NCBI GenBank assembly: GCA_964447075.1
Contig: CAYUQY010000002.1
Location: 11,317 to 75,316 of the forward strand
Source of the DNA: an uncultured Pseudomonadales bacterium
Lineage (GTDB): Bacteria; Patescibacteriota; Microgenomatia; UBA1400; PJMF01
Reading direction: 5' to 3'
DNA length: 64,000 nucleotides
Below the pieces are notes generated by a model that worked only from the letters and a program-made list of their open reading frames with translations, had not been told where the DNA came from and ran no database searches. Positions 1 to 7,775 of the stretch are shown here, piece by piece. Every line of letters starts with the position of its first letter. Within the stretch, counting starts at the first letter, position 1. The translations under genes were made by a program, and so were the position numbers.

Positions 1-1947
1 TTGTCGACAGATAAAGAAAACGATGCGGACATGATTGGCCTGATCGCTGCCTCAGCAGGTCTAGCAATCTCTGAAATTCCCTTCGATGGACCGATAGCAG
101 GACTACGCGTGGGTTACAGCAAATCCTCATCTGAGTACATCATCAACCCTACCAACACTCAGCGCGCCAAGCTTGATATGGATCTAATAGTCTCTGGTAC
201 AGGTGAGGCCATCGTGATGGTTGAGTCAGGCGCCAACGAAATTCCAGAAGAAGTCGTTTTAACAGCATTTGAGATGGCTCAGAAAGAGTTTGCTCGTATC
301 TGTGCCGATATAGTGTCAATCGCCAAAGAAATAGGTAAGCCAAAGGCAGATATTCTGCCCAAGGTTGTACTCAATCCTGAGCTTGATCAACTACATGAAT
401 CCCTCTCCAAAAAATATAAAAAAGAAATTGTAGAGATGGTGAACAAAGAAGGAAGACTTGAAAAAACTGGATTAGATACTCTAGTAGAAAAAATTCAAAC
501 CGAAGCCATGGAAGCAGAGAAAGATCTAGAGACCAAATCTCTGATGTGTGATGCAAGCAAAGTTTCTCAGGTCTTTCACGAGCTAATGAAGCTCGAAACT
601 CGTCGCATGATCATCCAAGATTCTCTACGTCCAGACGGTCGCAAGCTTGAGGAAATTAGACCAATCTGGTGTGAAATAGATCTTTTACCACGCACTCATG
701 GCTCTGCCATGTTTAAACGTGGTGCCACTCAAGTTATCTCTGTCACCACTCTTGGCTCACCTTCTCTTGGACAGATGATTGAAGACATGACCGGTGAAGA
801 AGTTCGCCACTACATTCACCACTACAACATGCCCCCTTATGCCTCAGGTGAAGCAGGTCGTATCGGCTACCCAAAAAGACGTGAGATAGGTCATGGTGCG
901 CTCGCTTCGCGAGCGCTTCTCCCAATGCTCCCAGCGCAGGATGACTTTCCATACACCATTCATGTCGTCTCTGAAGTTGTTAGCTCCAATGGCTCCACCT
1001 CACAAGCCTCAGTCTGTGGCTCCACTATGTCTCTCATGGCAGCCGGAGTCCCACTCAAGGCTCCAGTAGCTGGAATCGCCATGGGCTTGATCACAGATGG
1101 AAAAGGCAAGTACGCAATTCTCTCGGACATTCAAGGACTTGAAGACCACATCGGTGACATGGACTTCAAAGTAGCCGGAACCAAGAATGGCATTACAGCT
1201 CTTCAGATGGACATCAAAATCAAAGGAATCCCAAATGACGTGATGGCTAAGGCTCTCACTCACGCCCTGACCGGCAGACTTCATATTTTGGGCGAGATGC
1301 TCAAGTGTATCTCAGAACCAAAAGCTGAGTTATCACAGTATGCTCCTAAGATAAAGCAAATAGTCATCCCTGCCAGCAAAATAGGTGAGCTAATAGGTCC
1401 AGGAGGCAAAATGATCAGAAGCATCATTGAAGACTCTGGTGCTCAGATTGATGTGGAAGAAGATGAAGCTACCGATACCGGTAGAGTCAACATCTCTTCC
1501 CCTGACCAAGCAGCTATAGACAAAGCTTTCGCAATAATTTCAGACATGATGAGAGAAATAAAAGTTGGCGATGAGTTTGATGGAAAAGTTGTCCGAATAG
1601 AAAGTTATGGTGCCTTCGTCAACATCGTACCTAACAAGGATGGCCTAGTGCATGTTTCAGCCATGTCAACTGAGTACGTCAACGATGCCAGTGAGATCGT
1701 CAAGATGGGAGAAGTAGTCCACGTCAGAGTTAGCGATTTCCAAGATGACGGTAAGATCAAGCTAACCATGCTAACTCCTGAGCAAGAAGTCGAAGCAGCA
1801 GCCAAGAGAGGTTCTAGTTCTGGCGGTAGAGGAGGCGGAGGTTTTGGAGGAGGCTCAAGAGGTGGCTTTAGCGGAGGGAGAAGAGATGATGGAGGAAGCC
1901 GAGATGGCGGAGGAAGAGCTCCTTTCCGACCAGGTGGACGAAGATAA
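1..1947 (+). CDS. pnp: Polyribonucleotide nucleotidyltransferase (5' end outside window), with Gly/Arg-rich C-terminal tail
   Basis: RPDGR, RTHGSAMFKRG, RREIGHG, SNGSTSQAS and EDHIGDMDFKVAG motifs; KH (IGPGGK) and S1 (YGAFV..DGLVHVS) domains. Confidence 0.97.
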   Translation: MSTDKENDADMIGLIAASAGLAISEIPFDGPIAGLRVGYSKSSSEYIINPTNTQRAKLDMDLIVSGTGEAIVMVESGANEIPEEVVLTAFEMAQKEFARICADIVSIAKEIGKPKADILPKVVLNPELDQLHESLSKKYKKEIVEMVNKEGRLEKTGLDTLVEKIQTEAMEAEKDLETKSLMCDASKVSQVFHELMKLETRRMIIQDSLRPDGRKLEEIRPIWCEIDLLPRTHGSAMFKRGATQVISVTTLGSPSLGQMIEDMTGEEVRHYIHHYNMPPYASGEAGRIGYPKRREIGHGALASRALLPMLPAQDDFPYTIHVVSEVVSSNGSTSQASVCGSTMSLMAAGVPLKAPVAGIAMGLITDGKGKYAILSDIQGLEDHIGDMDFKVAGTKNGITALQMDIKIKGIPNDVMAKALTHALTGRLHILGEMLKCISEPKAELSQYAPKIKQIVIPASKIGELIGPGGKMIRSIIEDSGAQIDVEEDEATDTGRVNISSPDQAAIDKAFAIISDMMREIKVGDEFDGKVVRIESYGAFVNIVPNKDGLVHVSAMSTEYVNDASEIVKMGEVVHVRVSDFQDDGKIKLTMLTPEQEVEAAAKRGSSSGGRGGGGFGGGSRGGFSGGRRDDGGSRDGGGRAPFRPGGRR

Positions 1948-2016
1948 ATGCCAGGGCAAAAAAATACCCACTGAGCTTGAGATTCTAGATTGATAAGGTC
2001 AGGCAATTTTTCACCA

Positions 2017-2046
2017 TTGCCGTAAGTGCCTCTTATCACTCACAAT
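2017..2046 (+). promoter_or_regulatory. Sigma70-type promoter, probably leaderless, for the aldolase gene
   Basis: TTGCCG-18 nt-CACAAT, then 6 nt to ATG 2053; inverted repeat GGCAAT-N8-ATTGCC (2002-2021) overlaps the -35. Confidence 0.5.
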
Positions 2047-2052
2047 GAGTGT

Positions 2053-2901
2053 ATGACTCTGTCATCTATCCAAACTCAATCTGGTCGCTACTGCATTGCT
2101 CCATTTGATCATAGGGCATCCCTAGCCAAGCTCTTGCAGATTGATGAGAAAAAGCCTGAAAGTAAGCAACTACTGTCGCAGGTCAAGTCTCTTTTCATGC
2201 AAGCTTTCTCACCCCTTTGTTCTGGGGTTCTGGTAGATCCAGTCTATGGTTTTGAGAGCATTGACTACAAAGCTCAAAGCTGTGGCCTAATCCTGACACT
2301 TGAAGACTCAGGCTACTCCGGAAGTGAGTCTGCTGTTCCCAATATTATTCCTAACTGGAGTGTCCACAGTGTCAAAGAAAACTATGCTGTCGCCAAACTC
2401 TTGATATTCTTTCATCCTGATGAGCCTAACGCTGTCCAGAAGAAAAAAATGGTGATGGAGCTCCACTCATCCTGCCAATATGAAGGTATCTCCTTCATGC
2501 TTGAGCCAATTGTTTACAATCCTTTCTCAAAAGATGAGCTTCAGTTGCCTGATTTTCAAGAAATTCAGATCCAAACTATTCGAGAGTTTCGTAGTAGTTG
2601 CGACATCATCAAAATTCAGTATCCTGGAGATTCTCTGGCTTGTGCCACAGTTACCTCTGAGCTTGATATTCCATGGATTTTATTATCCAGAGGTACGCAG
2701 TATGAGCAGTTTCGAGATGCGCTTAAAGATAGCATGGACAACGGTTGCTCTGGTTTCGCCGCTGGAAGAACTATTTGGCAAGAGATTGGTCAGTTCCAGC
2801 TAAGTCAAGGCGGACCAAACATAGCAGCCATTCAGCAGTTCTTGATGACGACCGGAGTAGAGAGATTGAAGGAAATAATTGAAATCATTGACTCTACCTG
2901 A
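2053..2901 (+). CDS. Class I aldolase, LacD/YihT (tagatose-bisphosphate/sulfofructosephosphate aldolase-like) family
   Basis: IAPFDHRASL, VLVDPVYG, AVAKLLIFF, DIIKIQYP, PWILLSRG and GFAAGRTIW motifs; start moved from GTG 2026 to ATG 2053 because of promoter position. Confidence 0.8.
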   Translation: MTLSSIQTQSGRYCIAPFDHRASLAKLLQIDEKKPESKQLLSQVKSLFMQAFSPLCSGVLVDPVYGFESIDYKAQSCGLILTLEDSGYSGSESAVPNIIPNWSVHSVKENYAVAKLLIFFHPDEPNAVQKKKMVMELHSSCQYEGISFMLEPIVYNPFSKDELQLPDFQEIQIQTIREFRSSCDIIKIQYPGDSLACATVTSELDIPWILLSRGTQYEQFRDALKDSMDNGCSGFAAGRTIWQEIGQFQLSQGGPNIAAIQQFLMTTGVERLKEIIEIIDST

Positions 2902-2931
2902 TAGAGTGACAGTAACTCCACAAAGGCAACT

Positions 2932-3534
2932 ATGCACACACTCCCCAATCTTTCTTACTCACTCGATGCTCTTGAGCCATACATCGATGAAGCTACCATG
3001 CAGCTCCACTACTCCAAACATCACCAAACATACGTGGATAAATTAAATGCTGCTTTAGCCAGCCACCCAGAGCTGCAGTCCAAAACTGCAGAAGAACTTC
3101 TTGCTCAAATAGGTTCTCTGCCATCAGAGCTTAAAACAGCGGTCACCAACCACGCAGGAGGTCACGCCAATCACACTCTTTTTTGGAGCACCCTCTCACC
3201 ACAAAAGTCCTCACCTTCGGCGAACTTTAACTCTCAACTCACTTCTACATTTGGCTCGTTTGAAAAATTTCAAGAACTTCTCACCAACACGGCCCTCAAT
3301 CACTTCGGATCAGGCTGGGCCTGGCTAGTGTATACGCCAAACAAAAAACTAGAACTATGCTCCACACCAAATCAAAACTCCCCCCTCATGGATGGCAAGA
3401 CGCCTCTCATGGGAATAGATGTCTGGGAACATGCTTACTATCTAAAGTATCAAAACAAAAGACCTGATTATGTCAAGGCACTCTGGTCTATTTTTGACTG
3501 GCCAAGCATCGAAGAGAGGCTCGGGAAGCTCTAA
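2932..3534 (+). CDS. sodA: Superoxide dismutase, Mn/Fe family (Mn-type signature)
   Basis: HYSKHHQTY, NHAGGHANH, FGSGWAW, TPNQ and DVWEHAYY. Confidence 0.93.
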   Translation: MHTLPNLSYSLDALEPYIDEATMQLHYSKHHQTYVDKLNAALASHPELQSKTAEELLAQIGSLPSELKTAVTNHAGGHANHTLFWSTLSPQKSSPSANFNSQLTSTFGSFEKFQELLTNTALNHFGSGWAWLVYTPNKKLELCSTPNQNSPLMDGKTPLMGIDVWEHAYYLKYQNKRPDYVKALWSIFDWPSIEERLGKL

Positions 3535-4118
3535 TGTTGCAAGTTTTTTTTGATATCGAGACCAAACAAATTTTTGAGGAGGTTGGAGGTTACTTTCCAG
3601 ATAAATTGGGTATTTCTTATGTGGGCGTTTGCGTTAGAGACGGGAGTGCTGGAGCAGGGGACATGACTGGTTTTTTTGAGCATCAGTTGGATGCTCTGTT
3701 TGAGCTTCTAGAGCAAGCCGATGTCATTATCGGCTTCAATAGTGACAACTTTGACTTACCTGCTCTCGCACCTCACTATCGAGGTAAAATTGACAAGCTT
3801 CCATCCCTAGATCTTATGGCGCGGATCAAAAAGAGCTGCGGTCATCGCATCGGACTAGATGCTGTTGCAAAAGATACTCTAGGAACTAGTAAAAATGGAT
3901 CTGGATTGGACGCCGTAAAGTACTACAAATCAGGCCAACTTGATCTACTCGCCAAGTACTGTCAACAAGATGTAAAAGTCACGCGCGATCTCTATGATTT
4001 TGGTTTAAAAAATGGCAAAGTACGTTTCAAGAATAAATGGCAGCGTGTAGTTGAGTGTCAAGTAGACTTCAGCTTTAACTCTAAAAAATCTTCTGGCATT
4101 CAGATGAGCTTGTTGTAA
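3534..4118 (+). CDS. RNase H-like (DEDD-type, RNase_H_2/YprB-like) exonuclease-domain protein
   Basis: FFDIET, IGFNSDNFDLP and YCQQDV acidic motifs; TAATG overlap with sodA. Confidence 0.8.
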   Translation: MLQVFFDIETKQIFEEVGGYFPDKLGISYVGVCVRDGSAGAGDMTGFFEHQLDALFELLEQADVIIGFNSDNFDLPALAPHYRGKIDKLPSLDLMARIKKSCGHRIGLDAVAKDTLGTSKNGSGLDAVKYYKSGQLDLLAKYCQQDVKVTRDLYDFGLKNGKVRFKNKWQRVVECQVDFSFNSKKSSGIQMSLL

Positions 4119-4147
4119 ACACCCTTTCTTCATTGTAAAGTAGCCCC

Positions 4148-5791
4148 ATGAAAGTCTCAGATCTCTTCGTTAGGTGTCTTGAAAATGAGGGAGTTGAAGT
4201 TATCTTTGGGCTGGGTGGCGAGGAAAATTTAGATCTTCTCGACTCAATTAGAGCTTCAAAAATAAAATACATCCCGGTGCGCCATGAACAAGCTGCTGGT
4301 TTCATGGCCGCAACTCAAGGAAGGTTGACTGGAAAAGTCGGCGTCTGTCTCTCTACACTTGGTCCTGGAGCTACCAACTTTCTGACCGCAGCGGCCTACG
4401 CCAAGTTGGGCGGCATGCCCATGCTTATGATTACTGGCCAAAAACCCATTAGAAATAGAGTTCAAGGCAACTTTCAAGTCTTAGATATGGTTGGAACACT
4501 TGATAAAGTCACCAAGTTTACCACCCAAATATCTCACCCTGAGTTGGTTGCCTCCACCATCCGCCAAGCCTTCCGTATCGCCACAAGTGAGCGACCTGGC
4601 CCAGTTCATCTAGAGCTACCTAAGGATGTAGCCACTGAGTTGGTAGATGACGAGCCTTATCAAGTCACCTACTCACGCCGTCCCGTAGCTGAGTCGAAGG
4701 GCGTACAGAGGGCTGTAGAGCTGATTTCAAAAGCCAAGCACCCTCTGCTTCTGATTGGGGCAGGTGCCAATCGCAAGCTGACTTCCAACACTCTCACCAA
4801 GCTCATCAAAAAATTCCACTTACCATTCTTTGAGACGCAGATGGGCAAGGGCGTACTTGACGAAAGACTACCTGAGCATCTTGGAACAGCTGCGCTACTT
4901 CAGAATGACTTTATTCACTGTGCCGTAGAGTACTCAGATCTTATTGTGAACATTGGTCATGACCACGATGAGAAACCTCCCTTCATCATGAAGCGCAATC
5001 AAAAAGTAATTCATATAAATTTTAGCGCCACTGACATCAGCTCAGTTTACTGTCCCACAGTAGAAGTAGTTGGCGATATAGCCAATACTATTTGGCAAAT
5101 AGATCAACTTTTAACTCCACAAGACACTTGGGACTTTAATTACTTCTACAAGGTAAAGAATGCTCTTGATGTTCATCTTAAAGTTAATGCCAATGCCAGT
5201 ACTTTTCCTCCCAAGCCTCAAAGAATTGTCTCCGATGTGCGCCAGTGCATGCCTGAAAATGGCATTGTCTGTCTAGACAACGGTATGTTCAAGCTCTGGT
5301 TCGCCCGTTACTATCCTACCTACTCACCCAATACTTTACTCCTTGATAATGCTTTAGCCACTATGGGTGCTGGCTTACCCTCAGCAATTGCAGCCAAGCT
5401 CTTGTACCCTGATCTTCCAGTTATAGCAGTCACAGGAGATGGCGGCTTCATGATGAACTCTCAGGAGCTAGAAACTGCTGTTAGACTCAAGCTTAACCTA
5501 GTAGTTATAATTATTAACGATGAAGGTTTGGGCATGATACGTTGGGAACAGGCAGAAAAAGAGTTTGTTCCCTTTGGTTTGGAGCATAACAACCCTGATT
5601 TTGTGAAGTATGCTCAAAGTTACTCAGCCCATGGCCACCGCGTAGGCGCAACTGACGAGTTGCTCCCTTTACTCAACAAAACTCTGAGAACACCAGGTGT
5701 TCACGTCATTGATTTACCCGTAGACTACAGTGAAAATCTCAAAGTTTTTTCAAAAAAAGGCTATGCAGATAGTTGTCCAGCACCTAGATGA
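4148..5791 (+). CDS. ThDP-dependent enzyme, acetolactate synthase large subunit-like / 2-oxoacid decarboxylase
   Basis: LENEGV..IFG..GEENL, RHEQAAGFMA, STLGPGATN and GDGGF..N ThDP-binding motif; no small subunit adjacent; TTGTAA-17-TAAAGT-6 nt-ATG promoter. Confidence 0.88.
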   Translation: MKVSDLFVRCLENEGVEVIFGLGGEENLDLLDSIRASKIKYIPVRHEQAAGFMAATQGRLTGKVGVCLSTLGPGATNFLTAAAYAKLGGMPMLMITGQKPIRNRVQGNFQVLDMVGTLDKVTKFTTQISHPELVASTIRQAFRIATSERPGPVHLELPKDVATELVDDEPYQVTYSRRPVAESKGVQRAVELISKAKHPLLLIGAGANRKLTSNTLTKLIKKFHLPFFETQMGKGVLDERLPEHLGTAALLQNDFIHCAVEYSDLIVNIGHDHDEKPPFIMKRNQKVIHINFSATDISSVYCPTVEVVGDIANTIWQIDQLLTPQDTWDFNYFYKVKNALDVHLKVNANASTFPPKPQRIVSDVRQCMPENGIVCLDNGMFKLWFARYYPTYSPNTLLLDNALATMGAGLPSAIAAKLLYPDLPVIAVTGDGGFMMNSQELETAVRLKLNLVVIIINDEGLGMIRWEQAEKEFVPFGLEHNNPDFVKYAQSYSAHGHRVGATDELLPLLNKTLRTPGVHVIDLPVDYSENLKVFSKKGYADSCPAPR

Positions 5792-5804
5792 GTAGTTTTA
5801 GATT

Positions 5805-7178
5805 ATGAACTTCACTTCTCACAACCCTACTTTGGATCAGGACATCGCCACCTACGTCACAGTAACTCCTGCTCAGATCGCAGAAAAAATTAAGTTGGCT
5901 TCTTCAGCCTTTGAAAAATGGTCACAATCTCCACTTTCACAACGAAGTCAGTACTTACTAATGATTGCTGCAGCTCTTCGTCTCGAAAGAGTAAAGCTTG
6001 CAACCACTGCCGCTCAAGAAATGGGCAAGACTTTGAGTAGCAACCTAGCTGAAGTTGAGAAGTGCGCCTTGGTGTGTGAGTACTATGCCCAACATGGTGA
6101 ACAACTCCTCAAGACTCAATCGATTGAAACTGAAGCTAGCGAATCATTCGTCGAGTTTCAACCACTTGGTGTTATCTTTGCTATCATGCCCTGGAACTTT
6201 CCCTTCTGGCAAGTATTTAGAGCTGCGGCACCAGCAGTTATTTCTGGCAACACGTTGATTCTAAAACACTCATCACTTGTCCCTGCCTGCGCTCTTGCCA
6301 TCGAAAAAATATTTACTTCTTCACTTCTCCCTGATATGCCAAAAGAAGTTTTTCAAAGTATCTTTATCTCTTCGCGAGATAGTGAGCTACTCATCTCTCA
6401 CCCTGCAGTAACTGCCGTCACTTTGACAGGTAGTGAACAAGCAGGAAGTAGCGTTGCTTCCCTAGCAGGTAAACATCTCAAAAAATGCGTCCTTGAGCTT
6501 GGTGGCAGTGATCCATTTATAGTTCTGGATGATGCAGATCTAGAAAAAGCCTCAACTGCAGCTGTCGAGTCACGACTTATTGCCAATGGTCAATCTTGCA
6601 TTGCAGCCAAGCGATTCATTGTCGATCAGAAAATAGCCGCTCAATTTTGTGAACTTTTTAAAGCTAAGCTTGAAAAGATCAGAGTAGGGGATCCTCTCGA
6701 AACAAATACACAGCTAGGACCACTTGCCAGTCAACAAATTTTAGAAACACTTGAAGCGCAAGTTGCTCACTCGCTGACTGCAGGAGCAGTAGTAGTTACC
6801 GGTGGAGCTAGACTTGATCGCAGGGGGTTCTACTTTGCTCCAACTCTAATAAGAGGCGTCAAGCCTGGTATGGCTATCTATGAAGAGGAAACTTTTGGCC
6901 CAGTGGCAGCAGTTATAGAGGTTACCAACGATCAAGAAGCTCTTAAAGTAGCCAATGATACAAAGTATGGCTTGGGGGCTTCTATCTGGACAACCGACAG
7001 TAGTCGTACCAAGATTTTCATCAAGAAGCTGCAGTCAGGTTGTGTCTTTATCAACTCAATGGTCAAGTCTGACCCTAGGATGCCATTTGGAGGAGTCAAG
7101 TTATCAGGTTTTGGTCGAGAGTTATCAGAGTGGGGAGTAAAAGAGTTTGTGAATGTAAAATCAGTTTGGAGTTCCTGA
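5805..7178 (+). CDS. NAD(P)-dependent succinate-semialdehyde dehydrogenase-like aldehyde dehydrogenase (Sad/GabD1/SsaD type)
   Basis: [40 protein letters not shown] and [14 protein letters not shown]. Confidence 0.88.
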   Translation: MNFTSHNPTLDQDIATYVTVTPAQIAEKIKLASSAFEKWSQSPLSQRSQYLLMIAAALRLERVKLATTAAQEMGKTLSSNLAEVEKCALVCEYYAQHGEQLLKTQSIETEASESFVEFQPLGVIFAIMPWNFPFWQVFRAAAPAVISGNTLILKHSSLVPACALAIEKIFTSSLLPDMPKEVFQSIFISSRDSELLISHPAVTAVTLTGSEQAGSSVASLAGKHLKKCVLELGGSDPFIVLDDADLEKASTAAVESRLIANGQSCIAAKRFIVDQKIAAQFCELFKAKLEKIRVGDPLETNTQLGPLASQQILETLEAQVAHSLTAGAVVVTGGARLDRRGFYFAPTLIRGVKPGMAIYEEETFGPVAAVIEVTNDQEALKVANDTKYGLGASIWTTDSSRTKIFIKKLQSGCVFINSMVKSDPRMPFGGVKLSGFGRELSEWGVKEFVNVKSVWSS

Positions 7179-7188
7179 GAATCACAAC

Positions 7189-7527
7189 TTAATCCTGAAT
7201 CTCTTCAATTTCGTCTTCTTTTTTTTGCAGGTACTTGAACCACTTATCGTTCAGCTGCTTTTCCATGTCTATGCCATTATTTCTGGCTAGGAGCAAAACA
7301 TGACAAAAAACATCAGTACACTCTTGCTCAAACTCCTCCTTAATTTCGGCCAAAGACTTGCCTTTTTGACGACCTCTACCTGTCAGCATAAGGTATGCCT
7401 GAGTTAACTCTCCAAGCTCCTCTTGGAGTTTTAACATGTACCAGTCATGATCGCGCTTGATCTTAAACTTTTTAGCGTAGTGAGAAGAAACTTGAGCAAC
7501 TTGATCAGAAATACTATTTAAATTCAT
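7189..7527 (-). CDS. MazG-like nucleotide pyrophosphohydrolase
   Basis: KLQEELGEL...EEFEQECTDV acidic helical motifs. Confidence 0.8.
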   Translation of the reverse strand: MNLNSISDQVAQVSSHYAKKFKIKRDHDWYMLKLQEELGELTQAYLMLTGRGRQKGKSLAEIKEEFEQECTDVFCHVLLLARNNGIDMEKQLNDKWFKYLQKKEDEIEEIQD

Positions 7528-7617
7528 GAATTTTTCTATCTTTAAATAAAATATACCTTCTATTTTTAATCAGTTCTTCAAAAGATAAAAAGTACTATCT
7601 TGTTGCTGAGTGTAGGG

Positions 7618-7691
7618 TGGGCGTTTATGGAGTCGAACCATAGACCTCTGTCTTATCAGGACAGCGCTCTAACCATCTGAGCTAAACGCCC
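7618..7691 (-). tRNA. tRNA-Ile (anticodon GAT); CCA not encoded
   Basis: Reverse complement GGGCGTTTAGCTCAGATGGTTAGAGCG-CTGTC-CTGATAA-GACAG-AGGTC-TATGG-TTCGACT-CCATA-AACGCCC-A folds as a cloverleaf. Confidence 0.97.
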
Positions 7692-7738
7692 TCACTTTGG
7701 CTTTTGAACAACTGATATTTTAGCACATATAAAGGGTG

Positions 7739-7767
7739 TTGCATTTTAGCAGCCTTGCACCTACAAT
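7739..7767 (+). promoter_or_regulatory. Sigma70 promoter of lon (leaderless or near-leaderless)
   Basis: TTGCAT-17 nt-TACAAT, 8 nt before ATG 7776; no SD. Confidence 0.65.
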
Positions 7768-7775
7768 GCTAAGTT

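Noticed and set aside
1605-2039. Pro-rich antisense ORF and other short overlapping ORFs in the track
   Set aside because: Shadows of real genes, here the Gly-rich PNPase tail; no independent signals
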